DNA of 64,000 nt from NCBI GenBank assembly GCA_964016885.1, contig OZ024743.1, positions 59,024,001 to 59,088,000 on the forward strand, read 5' to 3'. Every line of letters begins with the position of its first letter. Position 1 is the first letter of the stretch. Under the pieces are notes generated by a model. It had not been told where the DNA came from. It ran no database searches and saw only the letters and a list, made by a program, of their open reading frames with translations. A program made the position numbers and the translations under genes. This DNA comes from Eledone cirrhosa. Its lineage: Eukaryota. Below, in pieces: positions 25,501-39,079 of this stretch.

Positions 25501-26136
25501 GTCAGCATTCATCTCCTCAGTGGCCGTATCTCTGTTCCAGGTATTATTTATCTCAGTACTCAGATCATTGTCTGCTTCGGGTGGTTCCTCCGTCCTCAGG
25601 ACCTCCTCACCTTCATTTCCCACCGGCTCGCTTGTCTGGCATACTACACCCGCCATCTCCAAGCCATTCTCTCTGCTCAGTTCCTCCAGTTCCAGCTCGC
25701 TTATCCACCCATTAGTTCTTATTACCCGAGCCTGCCCGGCCAATTTTTGTTCATCTAATTTAAATAAACCAATCTCGTTCCAGATGTTATGCATCCGTCT
25801 CCTGTAGCCCCTCTCCTTGGGGTTACTTTTCAGGTAGCATTGCATAACAGTTCTATTCAATTCTTTCGTCCAGTTGGTTCTGGCCCCTTTCCTTCTTCTC
25901 CTTCCTCCAACATCAGCAGTATTTGGTTGACAGTCAGGTTCCTGCTGCTGAGCCAGGGGGCACCTGTTGGGTGAGAGTCTGTCACATGACGTTCTAGTCT
26001 CCATTTCACCGTTATTCGAACTGTTTATGTTCGATATTTAAACACTCTTATCGAGGATTGGCGAATGTATGTTTACATAGCCATCTGTGGGTCCGCCATC
26101 CCACTTGGCCCTTGTGTGGCATTATCACCACGCTGT
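22537..26136 (-). mobile_element. R4/Dong-clade non-LTR retrotransposon (restriction-like endonuclease)
   Basis: Single large ORF; 3' end in (TAA)n, the known Dong target; 5' boundary approximate. Confidence 0.92.
22612..26004 (-). pseudogene. R4/Dong polyprotein (RT, CCHC, RLE) with one premature stop
   Basis: NYRPITCL, WIDYRKAFD, GIFQGDSLSP, HLLFVDDLKL; CRICGEREETVAHIVSDC; RHD, RPDLVVVD, DVACP; TGA at 22819-22821 where the second copy has CGA. Confidence 0.92.
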
Positions 26137-26304
26137 ATACGAACACACATAAACAAACAAACACACAGGCAGAAAGGGCCCCAGAAATGAATAAGCATAA
26201 GTTTCATTGTAATGTAGTGTTCGAATGTCTGACTTAGTTTTAGTTTTTTAAGTTTTACTTTTTCCCCCCACTTCTCTGTCCGTCCGCCTGCTTCTCTCTT
26301 CATT

Positions 26305-27355
26305 CTTATTTTCTTTACGTTTTGGGGGTTTCTTTTTTTTGGTTTTTGTTTTTCTCTGTTTGTTTTTCTCGTTTTTTGCTGTTGTTGCTGTGCTGCTTTG
26401 GTTTTGTTGTTTGTTTTTTCTTTTTTCTTTTGGGTCTATCTATATATTTTGATGCCTTCCTCTTTGTTAGTAGTAGGAATTCTATAATGTGGAAGTAGCA
26501 GCCAGCAGGGAAGTGGGAGACTGGCGGCGTTAGCGATACTGAGACAGTGGTGGTGGTGATGTCGATACCGAGGCAGTGGTGGCGGTGATGTGACCGTATT
26601 ACTGTAGTGATGGTGCTGTAGCGGAGTCAAGGGGTGGTGGCGGCGGTGCTGGGATAGTGGTGGTAATGATGGCCGTAGTGAGCGGTGGCGGTGAAGGTGA
26701 AAATGTGTCGTTATCTGGCTGTTGTGTTTAGTGTACGCAGATGATGGGGTGGGTGGTGTATCTAGTTTCTGGTGTTGGTGAGTTTAGCTGTCCTATATAG
26801 TGAAGCCAGAGGAGAGGAGGGGAGGGGTTCTTCTTCCATTTATAGCCATTTTTTTTTTTTTTTTGGATATACAGTGTACAATACAAAGTTGAATATTTGA
26901 ATATTTGAGCCTTATAACAATATATTTTCTTTACGTTTTGAGCCTTATAACAATATATTTTCTTTACGTTTTGAGCCTTATAACAATATATTTTCTTTAC
27001 GTTTTTGGGGTTTCTTTTTTTTGTTTTTGTTTTTCTCTGTTTGTTTTTCTCGTTTTTTGCTGTTGTTGCTGTGCTGCTTTGGTTTTGTTGTTTGTTTTTT
27101 CTTTTTTCTTTTGGGTCTATCTATATATTTTGATGCCTTCCTCTTTGTTAGTAGTAGGAATTCTATAATGTGGGAGTAGCAGCCAGCAGGGAAGTGGGAG
27201 ACTGGCGGCGTTAGCGATACTGAGACAGTGGTGGTGGTGATGTCGATACCGAGGCAGTGGTGGCGGTGATGTGACCGTATTACTGTAGTGATGGTGCTGT
27301 AGCGGAGTCAAGGGGTGGTGGCGGCGGTGATGGGATAGTGGTGGTAATGATGGTA
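26305..27355 (-). repeat. Rearranged 5' piece of a Tx1-like element: ~365-bp direct duplication and 33-bp x3 tandem repeat
   Basis: 26305-26670 repeated at 26985-27355; ttgagccttataacaatatattttctttacgtt x3 at 26905-27003; A-run followed by ATGGCT resembles ORF1 starts at 16998 and 44229. Confidence 0.6.
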
Positions 27356-27365
27356 ATTATTATTA

Positions 27366-27421
<56 letters not shown>

Positions 27422-27429
27422 GTTGTTAT

Positions 27430-28177
27430 TCCTTGAATCTCAGTCATTGATGTTGGTTAACTGGAAAGTCCGTTGGAATGAATATCAAGCCACTACCTGC
27501 AGCCTCAGATATTCAGGACGTATCGGAGGGTTCTTGCTGTTCCAAGCAAGCATGCCTTTTGAAGCGTTCCAAAAAGCGTGAAGGGGCCGATTTTCTTTAA
27601 CCATCCCTGGAAACTTTTGGAGATAGTCCCCAGTGCGCCTATGACAATCGGGATCACTTTGACTTCATGGCAGTTCCAAATCCTTTTCACTTCCCACTTT
27701 AGGTCCTGGTATCGGTTAATTTTCTCCCTCTCCTTCTCTTGCACTCTCGTGTCGAACGGGCAGGCCACATCCACAATCAGACACGATCTTTTTTCTTTGT
27801 CCACAACCACCAGGTCAGGTCTATTGTGTTCCAGTTTTTTGTCCGTCTGTATCCTAAAATCCCACAGCACCTTCACCTGATTGTTCTCCATCACCGCCTC
27901 TGGCCTATGCTCATACCATTTCTCAGAATGTGGTAAATTGTTTACTTTGCACAGGTGCCAGTGGATCACCCTGCCCATCACATCGTGTCTCCAGCCCTTA
28001 TAGTGGGTCTGGGCTAGGTGTTTACACTCGGGCACAATGTGAGCCACAGTCTCCTCTCTCTCTCTCCACAGATCCTGCACAGTGGGCTAGCCTCCTCCTT
28101 GTAAATATGGTGCTTCAACCACTTCGTTTTGAGGGCCTGCTCCTGCGCAGCCATTAGCATTCCTTCTGTAACCTTTT
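27430..28177 (-). mobile_element. 5'-truncated second copy of the R4/Dong element
   Basis: Near-identical to 22537-23283; 3' end in (TAA)n 27355-27430. Confidence 0.93.
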
Positions 28178-28450
28178 CTTCTTCTTCTTCTTCTTCTTCT
28201 TCTTCTTCTTCTTCTTCTTCTTCTTCTTCTTCTTCTTCTTCTTCTTCTTCTTCTTCTTCTTCTTCTTCTTCTTCTTCTTCTTCTTCCCGAGAGGGTCGTT
28301 CTGGAAGATTCTTCAAACACTTTCTTCCAGGGGTACTGCCAGAAGCAACCGTCTCCAATTGATCCGACTTGAACCCCCAAATGCAATAGCCAAGCTCATC
28401 GATGTTAACCAACCATCTTACTTGGGGTCTAAACCTGGGTGTCTTCGGTT
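28176..28450 (-). mobile_element. Probable RTE-type LINE 3' end with (GAA)n tail
   Basis: About 37 TTC units at 28176-28286 adjoining degenerate RW..I...LETVA...LPERPSR. Confidence 0.5.
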
Positions 28451-28639
28451 TTGATTTTGCTCAATTATTCTAGTTCAATTTGTTGTTGGTATATGTTTTC
28501 CTGATATGTTTTAATGGAGTCGCATGGCATCTCTGTTAGAGTGCTAGGCTTATAATCCGAATGTTGTAATTTGATTTTTCGGATCGAGTGTCAAATTGGG
28601 ACCTTGTTTACAACACTTTATTTCCCGTTGCTGCAGTTT

Positions 28640-28940
28640 ACTCAAGCAGAGAATATGATTTTTAACGATCCTCGTTCCGTCTTTCCATTGTTCAACATCG
28701 GCGACGTGAAAATGTGAGACGGGCTGCCTGTATCACTTCTCAAAACACTCAACCTAATCTCATGCATCGCGGGGGCAAATCCATAGAGAGGAAATCCTGA
28801 GGTGTAAAATACATGGCAAATAGTGACAGATGGGGGTTCTTCTCTTCCCCTCATCTAGCTTTTCTTTTTACTTTTTTGAACTTGTTTTTCTTAATCATTT
28901 AATTTGTAAAGCTGCAGTGAGGAAGCCTCTATAGTGTTCC
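28640..28940 (+). mobile_element. Possible CR1/L2/Jockey-type LINE 3' remnant
   Basis: VKM*DGLPVSLL resembles the terminal W-N/D-x-L-P motif. Confidence 0.35.
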
Positions 28941-28964
28941 GGAGTACAAAATGATTTGTATTTT

Positions 28965-29088
28965 GCCATTCTGAGTTCAAATCACGCCGAGGTTAACTTT
29001 GCCTTTTATCCTTACGGGGTCGATAAAATAAAGTACCAGTAATACACTGGGTAATTGCTGGCCTTGTGCCTAACGTAGAAACAATTAT
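28965..29088 (+). mobile_element. 5'-truncated tRNA-derived SINE
   Basis: B box, core and tail match. Confidence 0.88.
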
Positions 29089-29502
29089 GACTATTACTAT
29101 TTAATCTTTGTAGGAAGTGATTACACGCTAGAATCCTTGTAGAGACATTCATGTTCGTTAGTGCGAGTGGATAACTATTCCTATGAGCGTATACACAAGC
29201 CAAATATCCACAATGTAGCAGAATACGCTACATGTTCTCAAAGACCTGAGTAAATTTGAGTTGAGCGACGGATTAAATCCCTCCAACAAGGGCAAAACCT
29301 GTCATCGCGACGGGCTTCAAAATCACGAAGACACTACAAATTTAGGCCTAGTGCGAATTTGTGTGATTATGTATATGTTCGATCGAGGCAGACGTTAGAC
29401 TAGATAACAGCAGCAATAAAAACATTAAAACAAGGAATTGATGTTTCTTTATATTCATTGTATCGTATGTTTTATCTTTTCTATATGATATTTGTTACTA
29501 TA

Positions 29503-29825
29503 TTACAAACATCTTCTGAAGGTATCGCAACATATCTTCTGACGATATCTCCAAATATGTTATCAGGATATCCCACTAACCCTCCTAATCATGTCACAAA
29601 ATAATTTGCGTAGATATAGCTATATAACTTCTAAAGATATTAAATATGTTGTCAAGATAACCTAATACAACTTCTCAAGTTATCACAAGATAATCCGTAA
29701 CAGTGTCATAAAATATCTTCTGGTGATATCATAAAATACCTTACCAAGATATAGCAAAACACCTTTTGATGATATTAGAGAATAATTTCTGAAGATAAAT
29801 CAATATATTTTCTGATGATATAACT
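29503..29825. repeat. Diverged ~23-bp minisatellite (~14 units)
   Basis: Approximate consensus acaaaatatcttctgaagatatc. Confidence 0.65.
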
Positions 29826-30262
29826 ATATTTTCATATTGCTTTTTTAAAATTATTATTTAAGTGTGAATATTAGGTATAATGATTCGGCGAAGTGGATTG
29901 GATACAGATGAAATTCAACTTCAATGTTGATGACTCTCCGACAAACATAGGAAGAGAACGAATTTCAGAGGTTAAGGGTGCAGGAATGTCTGAAGTGATG
30001 GACATATAGTGTGGTGTTGAAATTAAATTATATGAACAGTGTAAGAAATATCGATACATACTTGAGGCTATTGGGGTGTAGCTTGCTATTGCAATAAAAT
30101 ATAAACGATCGTAGAAGACCTGTTAACCATCTCCTTTCATAAATCACTCTGTTCTTTTTTGGGGAGATAAAACTATCACCACTCAACAACGCATCAGGAC
30201 CAAGATTTGGTCTTTTTTGTATTTCTGATACGAGACCGACCTCATATTTACTAATAACAGCC

Positions 30263-30416
<154 letters not shown>

Positions 30417-30430
30417 ATATATATAATAAT

Positions 30431-30475
<45 letters not shown>

Positions 30476-30679
30476 CGTTTCTGAATTTGTTTAGCAAGAT
30501 TCTTTATCTGAAAACGTGTGTTGAAACCGATATTGTTATACTTTGGGAGGGTCATGCTGCCAATAAGAAACACACGCACCAGTTGCTTTCACTTCAATTT
30601 ATTATAATAAATTTATAAATTTAGGAATTTATAAATTTCCGGTTGGTTGGTTCCACAACCAGTTGGTTGTTTATATATT

Positions 30680-30722
30680 GTCAAAGTTCTTTCGTCACGC
30701 ATTCTGTGACCTCTTCAGTGAC
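30680..30722 (-). ncRNA. Minimal type I hammerhead ribozyme
   Basis: gtca-CTGAAGA-g-gtcac(agaatgc)gtgac-GAAA-gaac-TT-tgac. Confidence 0.78.
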
Positions 30723-30921
30723 TGGCGTTCTTTTCTGTGTATTTTGTGCCTCTCCTTTGTTCTGTCCTACGCCATCGATTTCGAAAGCACCTGCTTACCG
30801 AAACACGGCCTTATCAATTATGTATTGAAGACATTTTTGGTACAAGATGACGTAGGACAAAAACGAGATGGCGTAGGACAGAACAAAGGAGAGGCACAAA
30901 AAACAAAGAAAAGAACCCTCA

Positions 30922-30964
30922 GTCACTGAAGAGGTCACAGCATGTGTGACGAAAGAACTTTGAC
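30922..30964 (+). ncRNA. Minimal type I hammerhead ribozyme
   Basis: gtca-CTGAAGA-g-gtcaca(gcatg)tgtgac-GAAA-gaac-TT-tgac. Confidence 0.78.
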
Positions 30965-31314
30965 AATATATAAACAACCATCTGGTTGTGGAACCAACCA
31001 ACCAACCGGAAATTTATAAATTCCTAAATTTATAAATTTATTATAATAAATTGAAGTGAAAGCAATGGTGCGTGTGTTTCTTATTGGCAACATGACCCTC
31101 CCAAAGTATAACAATATATATATATATATATATATATAATTAACTATCTCTTCTACATATATATATTAATATATATATATGTAGAAGAGATATTTAATTT
31201 GTTGGAAATCCAACAAATATAGATGTTTATAACTGATTCAGAGCACTCACAGATTTCTTGAGTAAGTATTCAATGATATTAAATAAATGGAAACTATATT
31301 TATAAAACCATATT

Positions 31315-31376
31315 TATTCTATTATATATATTTCAGGGGTACCAACAATTTCGGTACGCTATCATCAGATAAAATA
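31315..31376 (-). ncRNA. Type I hammerhead ribozyme
   Basis: tattttat-CTGATGA-t-agcgtacc(gaaattgtt)ggtacccc-t-GAAA-tatata-TA-atagaata; 8-bp stem I. Confidence 0.7.
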
Positions 31377-32284
31377 CAAAATGTTTTATAAATATTTGAC
31401 ATGACCAAAGATAATATACCTTAACGGTTCATGTTATCCCTGCAAAGTGAAGGGAAGAGAGAAGAAAAGTCAGACATTTAAAATTATTAATATGAGTATG
31501 CAAATTATGTTTATATTAAAGGGCAGAAAATACGTTATTTTAGAGGCTATGGAAAATTTAAATAATTATGATAAAGAAGGAAGAGAAAGAAAAAGAGAGA
31601 GGAATAACGTTAATTTTGGGGAAAAATGTGTTACCTATATTATGAGTTATAATATTGTATATAAATTATATGAAGACTTATGGTTGTAAGTATGTTTATC
31701 TTATTACAATATGTATATAAATATGTCTCTATATATTAATAAGTTGCGTATGTATTGATTGTTTATATAACAAATTTGAGTAACGAAGGATGTTGAAATC
31801 TTAAGTTGTGAGGTTAGAATAATTTGAGGATCCAAAAATGTTCAACATTGAGAATGTTTTCAGAATATTGTAAATTTAACGAGGCTATATAATTTATCAA
31901 ACAAAAATCGTTAAAGAAGAAGGAAAAGGAAGACCACTTAAACGTTAATTTAGGGGAAATATGTTAAGACATTTATTTATATTTATATGGAGAATTATTT
32001 ATCTTATTATAATAATATATAAATATCGATATATATTTTAATAACAGCATATGTATTTTTTATTAAAAGGATAGTTTGTTTATAATATGAGTTACGAGGT
32101 ATGTTTATTTATAAATAAATACAAAATAGGTGGTTGTTCATAATATAAGTTACTAGGGATTTTATGTAAATAAACAGGTAGTTTTATTGATAAGGTTTAA
32201 ATTTAATTAACGGAATTATGTATGAAAAGTTTTATGATTGAATAAAGGAAAGATAACTCCGATTTTTTTTTTATTAATCGCTAG

Positions 32285-32728
32285 TGTGGGAACGTAAAAT
32301 GTAACTGCAGAATCAAATCAAATTGCCCTTTACAAAATAAGTGTTTAGATAAAAACATAGTTTATAAATGTACATTTAAAACTAGTGGTAATATATTCAA
32401 CTATGTCGGTGCCACTTCTACAGAATTTAAACTTCTCTGGAATAACCACAATCATTCTTTTAGAAGATCTGACAAGAAATCTTCTACTACCCTATCAAAT
32501 CTTATATGGAACTTAAAAAGCAAAAATATAGACTATTCATTATCTTGGAAAACGATTTCGAAAGCACCTGCTTACCGAAACACGGCCTTATCAAGATTCT
32601 GTAAATTATGTATTGAAGACATTTTTTGTACAATTAATTGTAAAAACTCTATTAACCTAAAAACAGAAATATTTAATTGTTGCAGACATTGCCAAAGTTC
32701 TACATTCAGAACAATATGTAACTTATAA
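32285..32728 (+). mobile_element. PLE GIY-YIG domain, open frame of 147 codons without a start codon
   Basis: CNCRIKSNCPLQNKCLDKNIVYKC...NYVGATSTEFK..WNNH...TTLSNLIWNLK...W...Y...CKLCIE...N.KTE..CCRH. Confidence 0.88.
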
Positions 32729-32832
32729 TATACTTATAATATTCCTAATAATCTCCTCAATCATCCTATCTGTCTAACATTTTATATTTTTAATATTTTT
32801 AATACTTTTAATATATTATTATCTCTAAATCA

Positions 32833-32921
<89 letters not shown>

Positions 32922-33031
32922 TACATACATATATACATACAGGTAAGCAAAAATAACAACACAATCGGTACAGGAAGACCCGTGTCTGGAAAATTTGCTT
33001 AAAAATTGTAATTTCGTGAAATCATTATATA

Positions 33032-33691
33032 TACTACCAGAAAAATCACCCTTCGGGTGGTTTTTCTGCTGGTTTAGGTAGTGTGTATATTGATATTATA
33101 CGCAAGTATATATGCATGTAGATATGATACATCAAATAAAATTGTAATTGACAATATACACAGAAATTAAACGAAGACTGTGTTACACTCTCGTATGTAA
33201 TCAGTAACGTAATCCATGATACATTAAAAAAGACGATATTATATATCTGCTAGCATGTGTAGTGTGTATATTGCTATTATACGAAAGTATATATTCATGT
33301 AGATATGATCAAATAAAATCGTAATTAACAATATAAACAGAAATTGAACGATAACAGTTATATTGATTTATGTAAAAAGTAACGTAATCCATGATACATA
33401 AAAAAATACGATATTATATATAAACTGCATTAGGAGAAAATTAGTGCCAGAAATATATGAATATTTATTTAAACGATCACTAACCGGAAGTGTTGACATT
33501 TGAACATTTTAAAGAAGTGAATCTTTAAATAAGTAATAAATTATATTTAATGAACAGCCACGAAATTTAGTAGATACATTATGTAATATTCATTCAATAT
33601 TTATTCAAAGTAATCCAAATTATTTTACTAAGTGGATAACAAATTATAAAATTTACGCAGTCCCGCGCTTCTTACATTATCATAGTTTAGA
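33032..33691 (-). mobile_element. Non-autonomous Helitron-like element with ~180-bp internal tandem duplication
   Basis: A|TC start, terminal hairpin accagaaaaatcaccc-ttc-gggtggtttttctgctggt, GTAG|T end (CTAG variant); 33067-33246 repeated at 33247-33422. Confidence 0.5.
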
Positions 33692-33840
33692 TTTCGATGG
33701 CCCAGCTCAATCATCAAATTATGATGCTAGACAACATGATATCATCAGGTGACTTCCACAGAATTACTTAATGTGGCTACGTAGAACCCAAACATAATGG
33801 AAGGTAGAGAAAAGAGAATAGAAAATTGAAGATTGAACAT

Positions 33841-33898
<58 letters not shown>

Positions 33899-33928
33899 TA
33901 TATATATATATATATAAATATATATATT

Positions 33929-34860
<932 letters not shown>

Positions 34861-35079
34861 TAATATAAGAATAAAAGGCATCTATGAAGAAACAGTAAAT
34901 AAATACGCTATAGAATATTTACCAACATTTCAACAGCACGTGGAAATTAATTAAATACACGGTCAACCATACATAAATACCTGTGACTTTGTTTAATTGG
35001 TGTATGTGTAAATATTTATATTTAATAATCTCCCATAAGGTTGAGATAACAATTTGGGCGATATTGGGCTGCGCTTTCT

Positions 35080-35185
35080 AGCAACCAACCCACTCGCCGT
35101 AAGCAACCAATCACACTCTTCCTGACTTAACCACTGCCACGTCACAGTTCTCAACCATTTTGAATTCGTGTTTGGCGGGAGCCAC
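35080..35185 (+). promoter_or_regulatory. Promoter-like motif cluster upstream of a hammerhead
   Basis: CCAAT 35107, CCACGTCA 35137, TTTGAA 35159, TTTGGCGGGA 35171. Confidence 0.4.
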
Positions 35186-35214
35186 TTCAGAAAATAATAT
35201 GTCCTAGAGGGTTT

Positions 35215-35294
35215 ATCCCCTGAAGAGCTCTAAAACTCGAGTATGAACCTTAAATAAGGTATCTCAAAGGTGAGCGAAATCAATGGGTCGGGAT
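35215..35294 (+). ncRNA. Type I hammerhead ribozyme with expanded stem II
   Basis: atccc-CTGAAGA-gctc...(acctta-aa-taaggt)...gagc-GAAA-tcaatggg-TC-gggat. Confidence 0.8.
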
Positions 35295-35299
35295 TTAGT

Positions 35300-35633
35300 G
35301 ATTTAGTCCTGGTATGTATATAAGCATTCCTAGCATTAATTTTTACCTAATTATGTATGGTTGGCCGTGTATTTAATTAATTTCCACGTGCTGTTGAAAT
35401 CTTGGTAAATATTCTATAGCGGTTGCACGCGAAGACGCCACGATGGAGTATTTATTTTCTGTTTCTTCATAGATGCCTTTTATTCTTATAGCCTGGTCTA
35501 ATTGATTTTTTGTGTGGTTAATTATGCTGATTGGGAGTAGAGATGATGTATATATATTATCAAATAATTCTCTGGACATGCTTACTCTATAGTATCTTGC
35601 TCTGATTAATTTATTAATTCTCCATTGAGCCAC
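35300..35633 (-). pseudogene. Unknown element-borne ORF remnant antisense to the hammerhead
   Basis: Homologues at 34860-34975 (+) and 58783-59043 (+) with many synonymous differences. Confidence 0.65.
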
Positions 35634-35695
35634 ATCGTGACAAGTTGCAATAACACATATATACCTGTAACTTTGTTTAATAGGTGTATGTTTAA

Positions 35696-36795
<1,100 letters not shown>

Positions 36796-36799
36796 TATC

Positions 36800-36837
<38 letters not shown>

Positions 36838-36848
36838 CATATATATAC

Positions 36849-36936
<88 letters not shown>

Positions 36937-36955
36937 ATATATATATATATATGTC

Positions 36956-37072
<117 letters not shown>

Positions 37073-37084
37073 ATTGAATTCGGC

Positions 37085-37243
37085 ATTATTGGCAATATCG
37101 GTAGAGGGTCGGACGCCATCATCATCTGAGTTCAAATCCCGCCGAGGTTAAATTTGCCTTTCATACTTACGGGCTCGATAACATAAAGTACCAGTAATGC
37201 ACTGGGATAAATGCTGGCCTTGTGCCAAAAGTAGTAATAATTA
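37085..37243 (+). mobile_element. tRNA-derived SINE copy
   Basis: A box, B box, core and tail. Confidence 0.88.
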
Positions 37244-37727
37244 CAATATAGGAAAATAGATGCCATATCAACATCGTTGCTGCTGTTTGGTCGTTGATTG
37301 ATGTAGCTATTACACTTTAGTTCACTGAGATATTTTCAGAATAAGATAGAAACTGTTAACCTCTCAATATCCTATACCCGCAGACACATACGGTGTCTAT
37401 TCATCAAGAATGTTTCTCAATAACTTTGGTTTGGTTTTTGAAACCTGTTCAAATTTAGACTGTATGTTTACAGATATTCAAACGTTGGTCATTTATATCT
37501 ATTATGTACTTAGTATTGTTTCTAATATAACTTCTGACTATAATATTTACTAATTTCATTTAATTATATAATATTTACTATATATATTTGAAAGATTTTT
37601 CCCCATGACTGAACATATATATGTTCGAAAATGAATGACTAACCACTAAATTGATTATGTATGTAAACTATTTGCTTTGAGGGATTTGCTTTGAATTCAA
37701 TATTCGTATTCATCACACAAAGACAAA

Positions 37728-38290
37728 TAATTGTTTCGACTTTTGGCACAAGGCCAGCAATTATCCAGTAGATTACTGGTACTTTATTTTATCGACCCCG
37801 TAAGGATGAAAGGCAAAGTTAACCTCGGCGGGATTTGAACTCATACCGTAATGAGTCGTAACTATGCTGGAAAGCATGGCGACCGACTCTCTACCGATGC
37901 TGCCAATTCACAAAGAGAAATAATTGTTTCTACTTTCGGCACAAGGCCAGCAATTTCCCGGTACATTACTGGTACATTATTTTATCGACCCCGTAAGGAT
38001 GAAAGGCAAAGTTAACCTCGGTGGTATTCGAACTCAGAATGGCAAGGGCCGTAACTCTATGCGTCAAAGCATGGCGTCCGATCCTCTACCGATACTGCCA
38101 AGAGAAATAATTGTTTCTACTTTAGGCACAGGACCAGCAAATACCCAGTGCATTACTGGTACTTTATTTTATCGACCCCGTAAGGATGAAAGGCAAAGTC
38201 AACCTCGGCGGTTTTTGAACTCAGATCGTAAAGGGACGTAACTATGCTGGAAAGCATGGCGTCCGACCCTCTACCGATACTGCCAATCCA
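37728..38290 (-). mobile_element. Three tandem tRNA-derived SINE copies
   Basis: Units ~37728-37907, 37920-38100, 38107-38290. Confidence 0.9.
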
Positions 38291-39079
38291 AGAGAAATAA
38301 TATGAAAATATTATTATGAAATCGTTTGATAAGTATTTTATTACTATATTTTATAACAGTAAACAAAATAATTGCCCAATGATGTTAAGTTCTACTCCAG
38401 TGTTTTAGGAGTATCAAGTAATTCAATCAATCATGATAATTTAATTGTGATTAACAGGAGTTACAAGTGGTATAGACACAAGATTGATAACTGTTCATAT
38501 TATGGCACACAGTTGTGCAATTCACAATCCTTTCTTTATCTCGTGTAGCGGTACGCTACAATTTCGTCGGCTGTTTGAATTGAGCAATACATGGTGAGTC
38601 TTTAATGAAAGAAGAAACTAGCCTGTCTGATTCTAACTGAATATGACTTGAGTTTTAAACACATCCTTCTTTGGCATTTCAAACATTGTTTAAATATATG
38701 TTTATTTATCATGTGGACAAGACAAATGTTTATATTTCATAGTTGAATTATTGTTCTAGTGGTTGTTCCGTGATTTATGTATTTCGTGGTTAGTTTGTCT
38801 TTGATATGATCTGATTAATTGCAGATTTTTATTTTTTATTCCATGGGTCGATTGACATTGTCCATAGTCACTGTATTTTGTTGTTGTCCTAGTTTGCCTT
38901 TGAAATAAGGGCTTTTATAAACTTTTCTAAACGTTTCTACGCTGGAATACGATTCTTGCATGTCATCAATAATGTGCGTCTCTCTCTCTCTCTCTCTCAC
39001 TCTCTCTCTATCTCTCTCCTCCTCTCTCTCTATCTCTCTCTCTCTATATATATATATAATAATAATAATGATGATAATG

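Larger units (their letters stand above)
30474..31117. mobile_element. Inverted pair of pseudo-LTRs of the Naiad-type PLE, in (TA)n
   Basis: 30474-30776 matches 60396-60700; 30847-31117 is its reverse complement. Confidence 0.88.

Noticed and set aside
28014-28412. Poly-Glu/Arg/Ser ORFs
   Set aside because: Product of the (TTC)n tract
33680-33755. Minus-strand ctgatga/ttgatga with downstream gaaa
   Set aside because: Stems II and III do not form convincingly
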